Source: Podarcis erhardii
Lineage: Eukaryota
Strand: one strand, 5' to 3'
NCBI GenBank assembly: GCA_964252035.1
Contig: OZ176206.1
Length of the DNA: 64,000 nucleotides
In this document: piece by piece, positions 52,901 through 64,000 of the stretch
Position numbering within the stretch: position 1 is the first letter of the stretch
How the letters are laid out: each line of letters begins with the position of its first letter
Notes under the pieces: model-generated
What the model saw: the letters and a program-made list of their open reading frames with translations, nothing else
Told to the model about the DNA's origin: nothing
The model's database searches: none
Position numbers and translations under genes: made by a program

Positions 52901-55900
52901 GTCCTCAGCCCTCTCCTGAGCTGGGATAAGAACTGGCTTTTACTGTCCAATTGCTTTCCACATCCTTGGGGTCTTTCTCAAGATAAAGTTAAGCTTCACA
53001 TGCCTGTAACTATAAGGAACTGCCATCTTTTCTTGCCCACTGGTCCTGGGCATTCCAGTATTTTAATGGGGGTGGTGAGACCAAGTTCACGTTTAGAGAT
53101 GTTAAAGTCTAGATATTCATTATACCATATTCTTCTACACCCCAGAGTTCTGGGTTTAGTGACTGTTGTTCCTTACCAGAGTTCCCACTCTGGGTACAAA
53201 ATGAACAATACAGGCAGCTGTCTGATGCGCTGTTGACATATGATGGACCTTGTCTGCTCACTCACCCTGTTGGCCTCACCTTGCTCTGTGCTGAGGAGGA
53301 GAAAAGAGGTGCTGCTTGCCTGTCTTGATTCCTCTCTGGCTTGACTTCTTTCTCCTGCCTTTCACAGCAAGTTGGTGGTGGTGTTACCATTTCACTGCTG
53401 CTCACAAAATGACTTACAAGACTATTTAAATACAGCATAGCTTATGCAGCAGTTAAAATCCATGTGCAAAGTTAAGAGGCATGAGATCACGGGCATATCT
53501 GCAACTTTTAAACAGTGATATTTCAAGTACTTCTGTGATCACTCCCTCCCTCACTCAAAACTTTGCCGATGCTGTCTTTTATGGAGCAGTCAGACACTGG
53601 GCATAAGTTTCATTTAATTTTTCCAAGAGAGTTTGGGCTAGGAAAGCCATGTATGCACTGTCATTAGTGCTAACAGGTTACTTCTGTAACCACAAGAAAG
53701 GAATCTCAACAAAAATTAATGTTTGTGAATGAATTCCCAGTGCTAATGATACTGTTAACAATCTAGTCCATGATGAACTTCTGACTACTCGGACACCATG
53801 ATTTTCCAAATAATTGATTTGCTTCTTGTGTTTAAAAGGGGTAAAGTCAATTGTGTAGATAAAATGAGGGATGAAGCTGCATGGGAACCCCGATAGTTGT
53901 CCAGGAGCGCCCCCTCCCCCAAAAGCTAGTTCTGGCAGCTGTTGGGTGCCAGCAGACAGAGGACAGTGGGGGTGCTTTGTGAATAAGGAAGCCTTGCTGC
54001 CTGTGTTGCTGAACCTTGTGCTCCATCACAATCGAATGCTTATGACATGGGTGAATCTGAACACCTGAGTGCCTCGATTTGGAACTGTGTTAGGAGTCTG
54101 TGGAGGACTTGGGTGGCGGCTTTAGCCTTTATTGTGACAGAGAGGAGCACATGTCATGGACTTCTGCACTGAGGTGGGAGTGAGTTCCACTCAGGTCAGC
54201 AAGTAAAAGTGTGAATGGCTTTGCTTTTGCCAACCTTAGGGCCCTCTCATCTGTTTTGGACTATCAGCTTTCCCCAGCACAGCTGATGGGAGCTGCAACC
54301 CAAAACAGCTGAATGGGCATGAGTTTGGTGAAGGCTATACAGTAAGCCTGAAATTTTGGGGGCGGGGTATATTATGGGGAAAGCACCAAAAGCAAAAATC
54401 ACATATGGCCAAAACACATTGGAGGATATTGTGAAAGTCGTCGTCCCCCCTCAGATGCCTGCCCCCCTTTTAATTTATTTGCCAAGCACAAAAAGCTGAA
54501 TTCGCACAAATTAAATATATGTAAGTTACAAGGTTACTGTATCTAGTTTCTGAAGCTGCACTAATTAGAGCCCTCCTATATGAGTTGCTCAGTTGCTTGC
54601 TCCTTTGCCTGCTGCCTCCACAGGATTGGCTGTGAGCTTGGTGGGCCAATCCGCTGTTGGTATTTAACTCTTTAGAATGACTGTTTTCCATATCTGAGTT
54701 CTTTGAAGCTGGTGGTCTACAGATGAAAAGAAATATACAGCCTAAGAGCCTGATTTGTGTGCTGCCCCTGTAAAAGGCCAAGCTGGAGAGTGCTTAACAT
54801 GGAAAGCAGCTACGGAAGCAGCCTTGTATCTATTCAGACCATTGGGCTCAGTATTCTCTACCCTAACTGGCCGTGTCCCTGCAGGGCTTTCTTTTGGGAG
54901 GTATTAGCAGCGCTACTAGGGATTGCACCAGCAGGGGAAATGCTTTCTGCTATAGTGGTAATTTCTAAATGGTTTCATTGGCAGAATGAATGTGAGGAAA
55001 CTGAACAGTGACGTGTCTGTTAAAATGTTACATATTTATTTGTTTATTATTAAATTTGTTAGTCACTTTATATTTCTCAAGGCAACCCAAAGCAACTTAC
55101 AGCCAATTAAAATTCATATTAACGTATCTATGCATTGTCTAAATCCTGTGTAATCTCTGGCGCTATATTTAAAACATGTGAATAAGCTATTTTGTTTCTG
55201 TGGATAGAGGACAACTGGAAAGTGTTCATGTATCCATTTTCAAGCTGAGTGGACACCATGTTAGTTAACATTACAGTCTCTTCTTCAGCCCCACTTTTTT
55301 TTTACTTCAATTGAATGCATGTTGCCCCCCTGGTATAGCCATCCTTGGCAGTATTGCTGTTTAATTCTTCCTTTTTGCCCCCATTTATTTCCATGAAACT
55401 GCAGCCAAATTCTTTCCCTTCTGCCCCTTGAACAAGAAATCCCCTTGGTCTTTTTGGTGGTAACTAAACCGGACTTGCCACTTAGCATCTACTGTGGAAG
55501 CCTGAACTCTAGGGAGGACAACTGCTTGACCTGGAGTTCCTGTAGGGCTCCATTGTGGGAAGATGCAAAGAGAAGATGGGCATCTCTCTTTCTAGTGGCT
55601 TCTAATCTTGCATTTTGATGGTTCAATGCAATTTATACCTGTGAAGCCATAGAAGTTTCTCTAGCTCTGCAAAAGCCTGCTCTGACTCAGATTCCTCAAT
55701 CTGGTGCTTAATAGTTCAGTGGCATTCTGGGTTTTTTTTCCTTTCTGGAATGTGGAAAGAAGGTGTGTGGATTCTTACTATTAACTTCTGGTGGAAAGAT
55801 CTAAAATCTGTGAGAGGTTGCTAACCATTTGTTCTCTGAGCTTCCATCTGCTTCATTAATTCATTGTTTCCGTAATAGTGTTTTGTTATCCCTCCTGCCA

Positions 55901-58900
55901 ACTCCATCATTTTTTTTAAAAAGAACTAAATTAGCTGCATCTCATATGTTTTAGTTAAGTTACATTGTCTGGGTTGGTGTATTTTTATTAACCTGTGGGA
56001 TTTATTTTGATCTACATCACAATTTTTGTTTGACAGATACTCTGTGTTTGTGTGTGTTATTTAGAGAGAGCAAATGAGAATAAACTGTTCTGTTGGCTGC
56101 AGGCATAAACGTCTTGTCTGATCATTTTCTTGTGGTTAGGAGGAGAGCAAGAAACTGTTTTCACTTCAGTTGTATTCTGACCCAGATGTGATTATGATAT
56201 AAATGGGGGGGGGGAGGGAGAGGCTCTTAAAGAAGGTCCACACTTCTTGCTGTAGCTTCCTTGTGCCTTGAGTATTCTTCTCCTTTTACCACAGTCCAAG
56301 TGTCTGAAGGCCATGCTGCCCCTTTGTCATGAACTTGTGTGTGATGGTGATGATGGAAATAACTGTAGTAGCCTTTGTGAAGAGTTTCTGTTGTCCATAT
56401 TTGTTCTACAAACCTCTTTCTTGACCTTCTAAATATTGGCACCCGTCTTCTTTCTTCTGTAATTAGATGAATTTGATGCCTATATCATTGTGTCCTTCGT
56501 CAATGCCACCCTGGTACTGTCTATCGGAGAAACTGTAGAGGAGGTTACAGACTCGGGATTCCTTGGTACTACGCCCACCTTGTCTTGCTCATTGTTGGGA
56601 GATGATGCTTTGGTGCAGGTAAGGGGCCTTTTACCTCTTAGTGTTCTGCTTGCCTTTTGCAGCCAGGCCCGTTGGCCTTCTCAAGAGATGCAAGGAGAGG
56701 GTTTGGTTGTGGTGCTCTCCTGGCATGGATGGGGTGGTGGTAGCTTATTTAATAGTTGTGACCTGCAAACTGGCTAGAGAATAAGGTCACCTTTAAGGTT
56801 GGGAAAGGACTGTTTCCAGAGCCTTTCAAAGTAAGATTCCCTTGGTGTTCCGCTCTTACTAAAAACGTTTAGTCTTCTACTGCATTGTTTTAACTGGTTG
56901 CATAGACTAATATTCCCTGTGATTTTTGTTTTGTTTTGTTTTGTTTTTAAAGGTAAATAGGAGCTTGTGGAATCTTGATCATTTACCTTGGTAGCACTTT
57001 TCAAGTTGCTGTTTGTTGACCTTGCCCTCTCTCAGCTAGATATAATGAGAGCACTTGATGGTGAACGGCAGAAATTAGTTGTGTGAATGAGATAAAGATT
57101 ATAGATCATTTTGTAAACTAAAAAGCTGTATAGGTAGGCATGGAAATCTTGCCATGTGCTTGTGGCAAATGGGCTAGAGATGAGCATTCTGAGTAAACTT
57201 TTGTAAACCAGATAAGAGGTGCTGGTTCTTCTGCTTCCCTTGTTGACCTGTGGTGTGTCCAAATGACAGTAAAAAACTGTATGTGAGCAAACAGTTTAGG
57301 AAAAAATTAAAAAAGGCTAGGCTGATAACTTCTGTGAACTGACTTGCAAGGCTAGCCTAATACAGTGGTGCCTCGCAAGACGAAATTAATTCGTTCCGCG
57401 ATTTTTTTCGTCTAGCGAATTTTTCGTCTTGCGAAGCACGAAATCCCATAGGAATGCATTGAAAATCAATTAATGCGTTCCTATGGTCAAAAAAAATCCA
57501 AACAAAGCCAAATTTGGTACAAAAAGAGTTTATTAACTGCTCTTTAAAGTCACACATACTGTAAAGAGCATTTCAAAAATTGAAGGAACAATAAATTAAG
57601 TTTCTAAACATGACAGAAAAACATTTAAAAATTAACAAAGTGTACAGTACATTTTCTAAGACTCTGGGGGACCACTAGAAGAAGGCTCCTCTTCCACTCT
57701 TTGCTTCTTGCTCAAGAACCTGTCCATAGTCTGCTGCTTCATCCACCTTTTCAGCACCTCCCTGAAAGGCGACATGACCGTCGTATCATAAGTGTTCCCA
57801 AGGTCATGTGCCACATGCTTGCTAGGGTGGTGCCGCTCTGCAAAAGCCTGCACCTCCTTCCACTTCAGGCAAATGTCCCTCAGTTCTTTGGAGGACAGCC
57901 GTTCCTCAGTTGCTTCCTCCTCTTCCAGCGAGGCCCGCTCCTGCGCAGCCTCTGCCTGCAGTTCGACCAGCTCCTGGGTGGTCAGCTCGTGGTCGTGCTC
58001 CTCCACCAGCTCGCAGACGTCCTCCTCTGTGACCTCCAGGCCCATGGTCCTCCCCAAGGCAACAATGTCCTGCACCACTGTTGACTCTGGTGCATCAGAG
58101 TCACTTGGTGCCACACAGTCCGGCCACAGGCTGCGCCATGCGCAATTCAAATTTCTCTGGCTGAGCCCGTTCCAGGCCGTGGTGATCATCTTCAAGCAGG
58201 TGACGATGTCGAAGTGGTCCTTCCAGAATTCCCGCAGGGTGATGGTGGTGCAATCAGTCACCTCAAGGCCTTTAGGATGAGCAGGGGCATTGTCCATCAG
58301 AAGCAAAGCCTTCAGCGGCAGGTCATTGTCCAGCAGGTACTGTTTGACAGCAGGGCCAAAAGCAAGATTGACCCAGTCCACAAACAGCACACGTGTGACC
58401 CAAGCCTTACTGTTGGATCGCCACATGACACTCAGCTGCTCCTTGTCCACCTTGTGTCTCTTGAAGGCCTGTGGGTTCTCCGAGTGGTACACCAGCAGGG
58501 GCTTGATCTTCAGGTCGCCGCTTGCGTTGGCACAGAAGAGCAGGGTCAGACTGTCCCTCATGGGTTTGTGGCCAGGCAACTTGGCCTCCTCCTGTGTGAT
58601 GAAAGTCCTTTTGGGCATCCTCTTCCAAAACAGCCCGGTCTCGTCGCAGTTGAAGACCTGCTGTGGAACGTAGCCCTCTGTCTTCACAACCTCCAGGAAC
58701 TCCGCTGCAAACTCTTCAGCCGCAGGAACATCAGAACTGGCAGCCTCTCCATGCCTGACCACACTGTGGATTCCAGATCTTGCCTTGAACCGGTCAAACC
58801 AACCTCTGCTTGCCTTGAAGACTTCTGGCTTGCCTGAGGTTCCTGGCTGTTCCCGGACGAGGTCTGCGTGCAAGGCCTTGGCCTTCTCACAAATGACGGC

Positions 58901-61900
58901 CTCAGTCACTGTGTCCCCTGCACGCTGCTTCTCTTCTATCCAGATGAGCAGCAACTTCTCGACCTCTTCCAGAACAGCTGGGCGGTTCTTGACGATCCTG
59001 GTGACTCCCTTGGCTGCATCCGTCGCCATGATCTTCTCCCTCATCTTCAGGATGGTCCCGATGGTCAATGGATTCCTCCCGTACTCCCTGGCAAGGTCCG
59101 TCACACGCATTCCGCCATCGTGCTTCCGGATGATCTCCTTCTTCATTTCCAGCGTCACCTTCTCCTTCTTCCTCTCGCTGGCCTCTGCAGCAGCAGTCTT
59201 CTTGGGTCCCATGGCAGCACAGCTCCTACCTTCGTAAACTCACACACACAAAAAAAATCAGTGATGTGCTTCAAATAAAAAAAATGCAAAAGCACCCAGC
59301 CACCCACCACACAGAAATTAAAACCCAGAACCAAGTCCTTGAATCCCAAACACCCCAACCCAAAATCCAAAAACCCCCCAAAAAGTTTTAAAAGTTTAAC
59401 TTACCAAATGGATGCAAAAGAAGTTCTGGAAAAGCTTCAACCAATCACCAAAGTCTTCAGAAACCTCAAATGGCTGCAAAAGAAGTTTTGGAAAAGCTTC
59501 AAAAATCACCAAAGTCTTCAAAAACCTCAACTGTTCCCCCAGCCACCCACCACACAGAAATTGCAAACCCCTCCCCAACTGCTGCAAACCCCTCCCCAAC
59601 TGTTCCCCCAGCCAACCAGCACACAGAAATTCAAACCCAGAAAAAAAATTCAAAAAACAACAACATGGCCCAATTGTCACAGAGAAACAGAAAAATTCAA
59701 AAAAAACCCCACAAGCTCCCAGATTCCTGCAAACCCCTCCCCAACTGTTCACCCAGCCACCCAGCACACAGAAACTCAAACTCAGAATTTTTTTTTCAAA
59801 AAACAACAACATGGCCCAATGGTCACAGAAAATCATAAAAATTCAAAAAAAACACCCCACAAGCTCCCAGATTCTCGCAGAACCCCCCCCAACACCAAGT
59901 CCTTGAATCCCAAACACCCCAACCCAAAATCCAAAACCCCCCAAAAATTTTTTAAAAGTTTTACTTACCAAATGGATGCTAAAGAAGTTCTGGAAAAGTT
60001 TTGGAAAAGCTTCAAAAATGAGCAAGGTCTGAAAAAAGGCTACCAAACCGCGTGCTAACAGTTGCTCCTCGAAGTCAAGTCGCAACTGCAGCTGTTCAAG
60101 CAAGGCACCCTTGGTTTTAACGGTTTTAAGACAAAGGAAACAAAGTCGCAAGACGTTTTTGTCTTGCGAAGCAAGCCCATAGGGAAATTCGTCTTGCGAA
60201 GCAACTCGAAAACGGAAAACTCTTTCGTCTAGCGAGTTTTCCGTCTTGCGAGGCGTTCGTCTTGCGGGGCACCACTGTAATGGAAAGAACAGCAAAGGCA
60301 CTTCCTGTCAGATGGACTGACTCAGCATCTTATTTCTGTATTTGTTTAGGTTTATCCTGATGGCATCCGGCACATCAGAGCAGATAAAAGAGTTAATGAG
60401 TGGAAAACACCAGGGAAGAAAACCATCGTCAAATGTGCTGTGAATCAGAGACAAGTGGTGATCGCACTGACAGGGGGAGAGCTGGTCTACTTTGAGATGG
60501 ACCCGGTACGTGAGCTTAGCTGGAGGGAGATGTGACTTTCATGAGGGTTTGCAGACTAGGCTTGCAGTGGAAATAAATGAGAACTGCATCACAGCATTAT
60601 TGGGCTCCTTATGTTGCATTCCTTCATTTCAGGGGTTCTTGTGCAGAATAACATTCAGGTAATTTGTGCTATTTGGATGGGGTGGGTGTTTGGGGGTTGC
60701 TTTGGTGGGCCATTGCAGAGACTGGCATATTTTTTAAGACCAGCTTATCTCTGATAAACTTGGTGTTCTTCAAAGTGCTCTAGGCTTCCTACCTCAAAAG
60801 GTCAAACAAGCAAGGTCACCTGTCATCATACGTGGTTTAAAGAATTACTGCACAGCTCTTGATCTGAAATGAGTCTGGTTCTGCTAATCCAGGTGTGACT
60901 TCCTTCCCCCATTGTGCCTTTTTTCCACACCAGTCAGGGCAGCTGAATGAATACACAGAGAGGAAGGAGATGTCTGCTGACGTGGTGTGCATGAGCTTGG
61001 CCAACGTTCCCCCAGGAGAGCAGCGCTCCCGGTTCCTTGCTGTTGGGCTGGTGGACAACACTGTGCGCATAATTTCCCTTGACCCCTCTGTAAGTGCTTC
61101 CTGAGAGTCGCTTGCCTGTAGCTAAGCCTTTGCTGACCCGACTTAAAGTATTGTAACCAAAACTACCCCCCCCAAAAAAAAAACTGAGTGAGAGGAAGTT
61201 CCAGGGGTGGTTAGCAGGGCTTTCCTTTCTTTGGATGTGAGAATGCACTAGACTGACTTTGGTTTGTTACCTAATATGAAAGGAGAGCATATTGGAAGCA
61301 AGCAGACTCATAAAGTGGGCAATACAACTGCTGGTGCTTCGTCAGAAACCCCAAAGGCATGGCTTACTCCTCCAGTACCCCAATATGTCTTCCAATTTTA
61401 GCTGACTCCAGCTGAACTCTAGCATGCTCTTTTCCCAACCCAAACTGCAGTTGCTTTCTCTCCCCTCCCCTTCTTTTTTTGATACCCTGCCTCTTAATTT
61501 GAAGGTTCAGGCATTCCAAAGGGCTTGATGCCAGTAAGGCGCATCCAAGCCTCTGGTCATGCATATAATAGGCCAATTCACAATAATCAAGGTGTATGTT
61601 GTACGTGAGCTTTCTCCAACCTGGTGACTTTCAGATGGTTTGAACTACAACTCACCCCAGCCCTAGCCAGTTTGGCTGAGGATTATGGGAGTTGTATTCC
61701 AAACTTTTGGAAGATAGTGGGTTGCCTGAAAGAAGGCCAGAGCTAAAAATGATTCTTCAAAGACTTCCTCAGATGAAATGAATCTTCCCACAGATTGCTC
61801 CAAATGGAGAAACACTTTGAGCTGGTTGGCATAATCAACATTGCCATGTGCTTCTTCAATCTGTCTCTTCAGACTGCTGGGGGATGTGGTTGAATGCCCT

Positions 61901-63819
61901 CCTACATAGCAAACTGGCAGGTCAGCCTAGTCTTCTCCTTCAAATATGCCAGGCATTTTTGTACAAAGGAGAATCCAGCCATTTACAGTTCCTCAGCTGA
62001 TGTCTGAAGTGGTTCAGGGTAGCAACAAAGACCTTATGTGTTATGCTTTGTTCTTTCTCTCTGCTTTAGTAATGGTGTCTTCCTTCTCCATCCCTTAGGA
62101 CTGTCTTCAGCCGCTGAGTATGCAAGCTCTCCCTGCCCAGCCAGAATCACTGTGTATTGTGGAAATGGGTGGAGCTGAGAAGCAGGATGAGCTGGGAGAG
62201 CGGGGCTCGATTGGCTTCTTGTACCTGAACATTGGCTTGCAGGTAAGCAATTACTGCCCAGAACCTTTGCTGGATCCTCGATATACGGGATTGGACCAGG
62301 TCTTGGTGCATTTGACTGGACTGTGTGGGAAGCCATACTCTTGAGTTTGTACAACCCTATAGAGACCCGTTCCACATACCCTCCCAGAAGGCCTGCCAGA
62401 ATGGAACATTGCGTCCCTCCTGTCACCTTCTTCACTCTTCCAGAGCTCCCGAGGAACGGAGCCCTCTCCCGCTTTATTAAGGCAGACTCTAATCCCATTG
62501 TGAAGGATACCTTCTGTCTGCCAGGGAGGAGGGTGGAAGTGTTAGAGCTCATCTTCCAGCGGGTCAGGGGTCTTTGTATTTAGGTGGGAAGTGGCAGTAG
62601 CCTACACTTTAAGCTGCTTCACAAAAAAGCCTTTTCTTAGTTTGTTAAAGGAGGAAACAGCAGCTTTGTAGCAGTGTTGTGCTTAATTTTGTACATGCCA
62701 GAGAGAACCTGGAAATAGTAAGACTTCCAGAGTCAGGAGCCGAAGATACATTGGTATTCTGAGTTCATCTGGTGCTCTTTTTCTCTCTGCCTGCCCTTGT
62801 CCCTCTCCCCACACCTTGCTTTGCTCATCTTCCCTTGTAACCCAGAACGGTGTGCTTCTCCGAACTGTCCTTGATCCAGTTACTGGTGACCTCTCTGACA
62901 CAAGGACCAGGTATCTGGGCTCGCGCCCTGTGAAGCTCTTCCGAGTCCGGATGCAAGGCCAAGAAGCGGTGAGTGAGCGGGGAATCAGAGGAGTGCACTC
63001 ATGAAAAGCTGGAGGGGGAGGAGCAAAAACTTCAGGAGGACTGTGAATCTGGTGACTAAGATCTTTTAGAAATTTGGGGCGGGATGAGTTCACATCTAAA
63101 TTCCTTGTTTACCGTCTGGTACAGACGGAAAATACATGCTATAGGATGGGGGTGTGAGTGAGGGAGAAAACAAGAGTGTTGATCAGGCCAGGGGAAAGGA
63201 AATACCTTGGCCTGCTTCTGGATCCTGCTCATTTTAGCTGCTTGTGAGAAAGGGAGGGGGCATTAAAGGAGGAGGAAGTATTCAATGTACTTTGTTTGCC
63301 TGGCTCTTGCTGCTGTAAATCATTGCACCTGATTTACAGAGTGCAAGGTGTTTTTGAAAGTTGGTGATAAAGTAGCCAGGCTTGTGGCCTTCAGGATCAT
63401 ATTGTTGTGGAGCTGGAAGGGACCCTGTGGGTCATCTAGTCCAACACCATGCAATGCAGGAATCTCAATTTGGCCCCCTCACAACTTCTCTTATGCTGCT
63501 GGCTTGGGGACTCCTAGAGCCTGTAATTAGTTCTGCCCTGCCAACAGAGCCTTTGATTGTGGAAGAAGAAGGCAGCCAGCTTGGTTCCTAGAGGTGTGAG
63601 CTGCTCTGTCCCATTTGCTGTTCTCTCCCTGAGTTTTCTCTCTCTTCTTTTCCTCCTGCTCCAGGTGCTGGCCATGTCAAGCCGTTCTTGGCTGAGTTAC
63701 TCCTATCAGTCCCGCTTCCACTTAACACCCCTCTCATATGAAACGTTGGAGTTTGCCTCTGGCTTTGCTTCAGAGCAGTGTCCAGAGGGCATAGTAGCCA
63801 TCTCAACAAACACACTGAG
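40951..63819 (+). CDS. SF3B3: Splicing factor 3B subunit 3 (SAP130), 3' part outside window; 16 coding exons visible
   Basis: Coding exons: 40951-41020 (acceptor at 40918, ATG in ggcaccATG), 41598-41924, 43066-43238, 44391-44532, 45231-45343, 46975-47112, 47269-47372, 48179-48344, 49924-50019, 50588-50660, 56467-56618, 60350-60505, 60934-61089, 62099-62242, 62846-62968, 63665-63819; total 2288 nt, all GT-AG. N-terminus [54 protein letters not shown] is the SF3B3 sequence. Confidence 0.98.
42454..42530 (+). ncRNA. SNORD111B: Box C/D snoRNA, SNORD111 family (intron 3 copy, SNORD111B-like position)
   Basis: Terminal stem cctga/tcagg; C box GTGATGA 42460-42466; antisense element ttcatgtctcttct 42474-42487 before D' CTGA 42488-42491; D box CTGA 42522-42525. 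The element is complementary to the conserved 28S rRNA stretch GAAGAGACAUGA (recalled). SF3B3 is the known host gene of SNORD111/111B. Confidence 0.92.
46244..46313 (+). ncRNA. SNORD111: Box C/D snoRNA, SNORD111 family (intron 6 copy)
   Basis: Terminal stem gcttga/tcaagc; C box GTGATGA 46251-46257; guide atgtctcttct 46262-46272 before D' CTGA 46273-46276; D box CTGA 46304-46307. Same guide core as the intron 3 copy. Confidence 0.9.
47794..47979. mobile_element. hAT-type MITE (186 bp)
   Basis: Perfect 8-bp TSD agatagac (47786-47793, 47980-47987); imperfect TIRs caggggtagtcaa / ttcacaactcctg. Confidence 0.8.
49182..49587 (+). mobile_element. L1 LINE 3' end in SF3B3 intron 9
   Basis: Degenerate ..[36 protein letters not shown].. 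ORF2 C-terminus, GT-rich UTR and A-rich tail. Confidence 0.7.
50137..50273. mobile_element. hAT (Charlie-like) MITE (137 bp)
   Basis: TIRs caggcataggcaaac / gtttgcctatgcctg; 8-bp TSD agctagaa/ggctagaa; internal palindromic tcccatc..gatggga. Decayed relatives near 11845-11960, 54230-54340 and 61610-61740. Confidence 0.88.
51482..51520. repeat. Compound (TG)n(TTG)n microsatellite
   Basis: Read directly. Confidence 0.92.
52160..52510. repeat. Degenerate AAACCATGGTTT-rich palindromic repeat remnant
   Basis: Repeated aaccatggtt/aactatggtt/agccatggtt palindromes and a small aagctacc x3 duplication; a similar motif occurs near 22020. Confidence 0.4.
57363..60277 (-). mobile_element. Tigger/pogo-family DNA transposon, 2915 bp, in SF3B3 intron 12, antisense to host
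   Basis: TIRs cagtggtgcc(t/c)cgcaagacgaa at both ends; TA target duplication at 57361-57362 and 57278-equivalent right flank 60278-60279; arrays of subterminal tcgtcttgcga/cgtctagc motifs; contains the transposase ORF. Confidence 0.95.
57656..59212 (-). CDS. Tigger/pogo transposase, 518 aa (HTH-psq/CENP-B N-terminus, HTH_Tnp_Tc5, DDE_1 domain with apparent internal in-frame deletion)
   Basis: Uninterrupted ORF starting in a strong Kozak context (gctgccATGG). Motifs: [29 protein letters not shown] (D190), [10 protein letters not shown] (D307). The PPNTT..QPxD segment expected after D307 is absent. Minus-strand AATAAA at 57529-57534, about 120 nt past the stop. Confidence 0.9.
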   Translation of the reverse strand: MGPKKTAAAEASERKKEKVTLEMKKEIIRKHDGGMRVTDLAREYGRNPLTIGTILKMREKIMATDAAKGVTRIVKNRPAVLEEVEKLLLIWIEEKQRAGDTVTEAVICEKAKALHADLVREQPGTSGKPEVFKASRGWFDRFKARSGIHSVVRHGEAASSDVPAAEEFAAEFLEVVKTEGYVPQQVFNCDETGLFWKRMPKRTFITQEEAKLPGHKPMRDSLTLLFCANASGDLKIKPLLVYHSENPQAFKRHKVDKEQLSVMWRSNSKAWVTRVLFVDWVNLAFGPAVKQYLLDNDLPLKALLLMDNAPAHPKGLEVTDCTTITLREFWKDHFDIVTCLKMITTAWNGLSQRNLNCAWRSLWPDCVAPSDSDAPESTVVQDIVALGRTMGLEVTEEDVCELVEEHDHELTTQELVELQAEAAQERASLEEEEATEERLSSKELRDICLKWKEVQAFAERHHPSKHVAHDLGNTYDTTVMSPFREVLKRWMKQQTMDRFLSKKQRVEEEPSSSGPPES

Positions 63820-64000
63820 GTTCGTATCAAAATGCCAGCGGTGGGAAAGGAAACAAATAATGGAACCTGTTTGCCTTCTTTCTTGGCACACAGGACTGTC
63901 TGTCTGTCTTGCTTGTCTGTCCCAAGCTCCTTCCTGCGCAAAGCAGGGGCATCTGGTGCCCAAAAGGGTTGCCCTGAATGCCTCCTTTCTACATGACCTT

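Noticed and set aside
53765-53830. ATGATGA followed by CTGA, a possible third C/D snoRNA
   Set aside because: The boxes are only a few nt apart, with no terminal stem, distal D box or rRNA-complementary element. Similar partial hits near 44857 and 49836 fail for the same reasons.
57701-59278. Several long + strand ORFs (127-207 aa)
   Set aside because: Antisense shadows of the GC-rich transposase ORF.
59339-60058. 239-aa + strand ORF and overlapping 146-164 aa ORFs
   Set aside because: K/P/Q/T-rich low-complexity translations of the transposon's internal A/C-rich repeats.

Overview
This is a vertebrate genomic window. The SINE, L2, CR1 and Penelope content points to a squamate, probably a lacertid lizard (inference). 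It carries the conserved FCSK-COG4-SF3B3 cluster. FCSK (L-fucose kinase, + strand) is truncated at the window's left edge and has 21 coding exons (1013 aa) in view. COG4 (- strand) is complete, with 19 exons and 786 aa. SF3B3 (+ strand) is truncated at the right edge, with 16 coding exons in view. All three genes splice into unbroken frames with GT-AG introns. FCSK and COG4 converge tail-to-tail, and COG4 and SF3B3 share a CpG-rich divergent promoter. Two box C/D snoRNAs of the SNORD111 family lie in SF3B3 introns 3 and 6. The introns hold the most notable elements: (i) a 2.9-kb Tigger/pogo transposon with an uninterrupted 518-aa ORF that appears to lack the motif carrying the third catalytic Asp, plus two MITEs of the same family; (ii) a Penelope-like retroelement insertion with a 13-bp TSD, inverted pLTRs and two mirror-image hammerhead ribozyme motifs; (iii) an unassigned ~370-bp near-perfect fold-back flanked by a 14-bp direct repeat; (iv) an L1 tail nested inside a Sauria SINE; (v) a candidate poison exon in SF3B3 intron 11. 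I found no convincing wholly new gene system. The best leads are the deleted transposase with its MITE family, the hammerhead hairpin in COG4 pre-mRNA, and the orphan fold-back. No searches were run; family names come from motif recognition and recalled consensus sequences.
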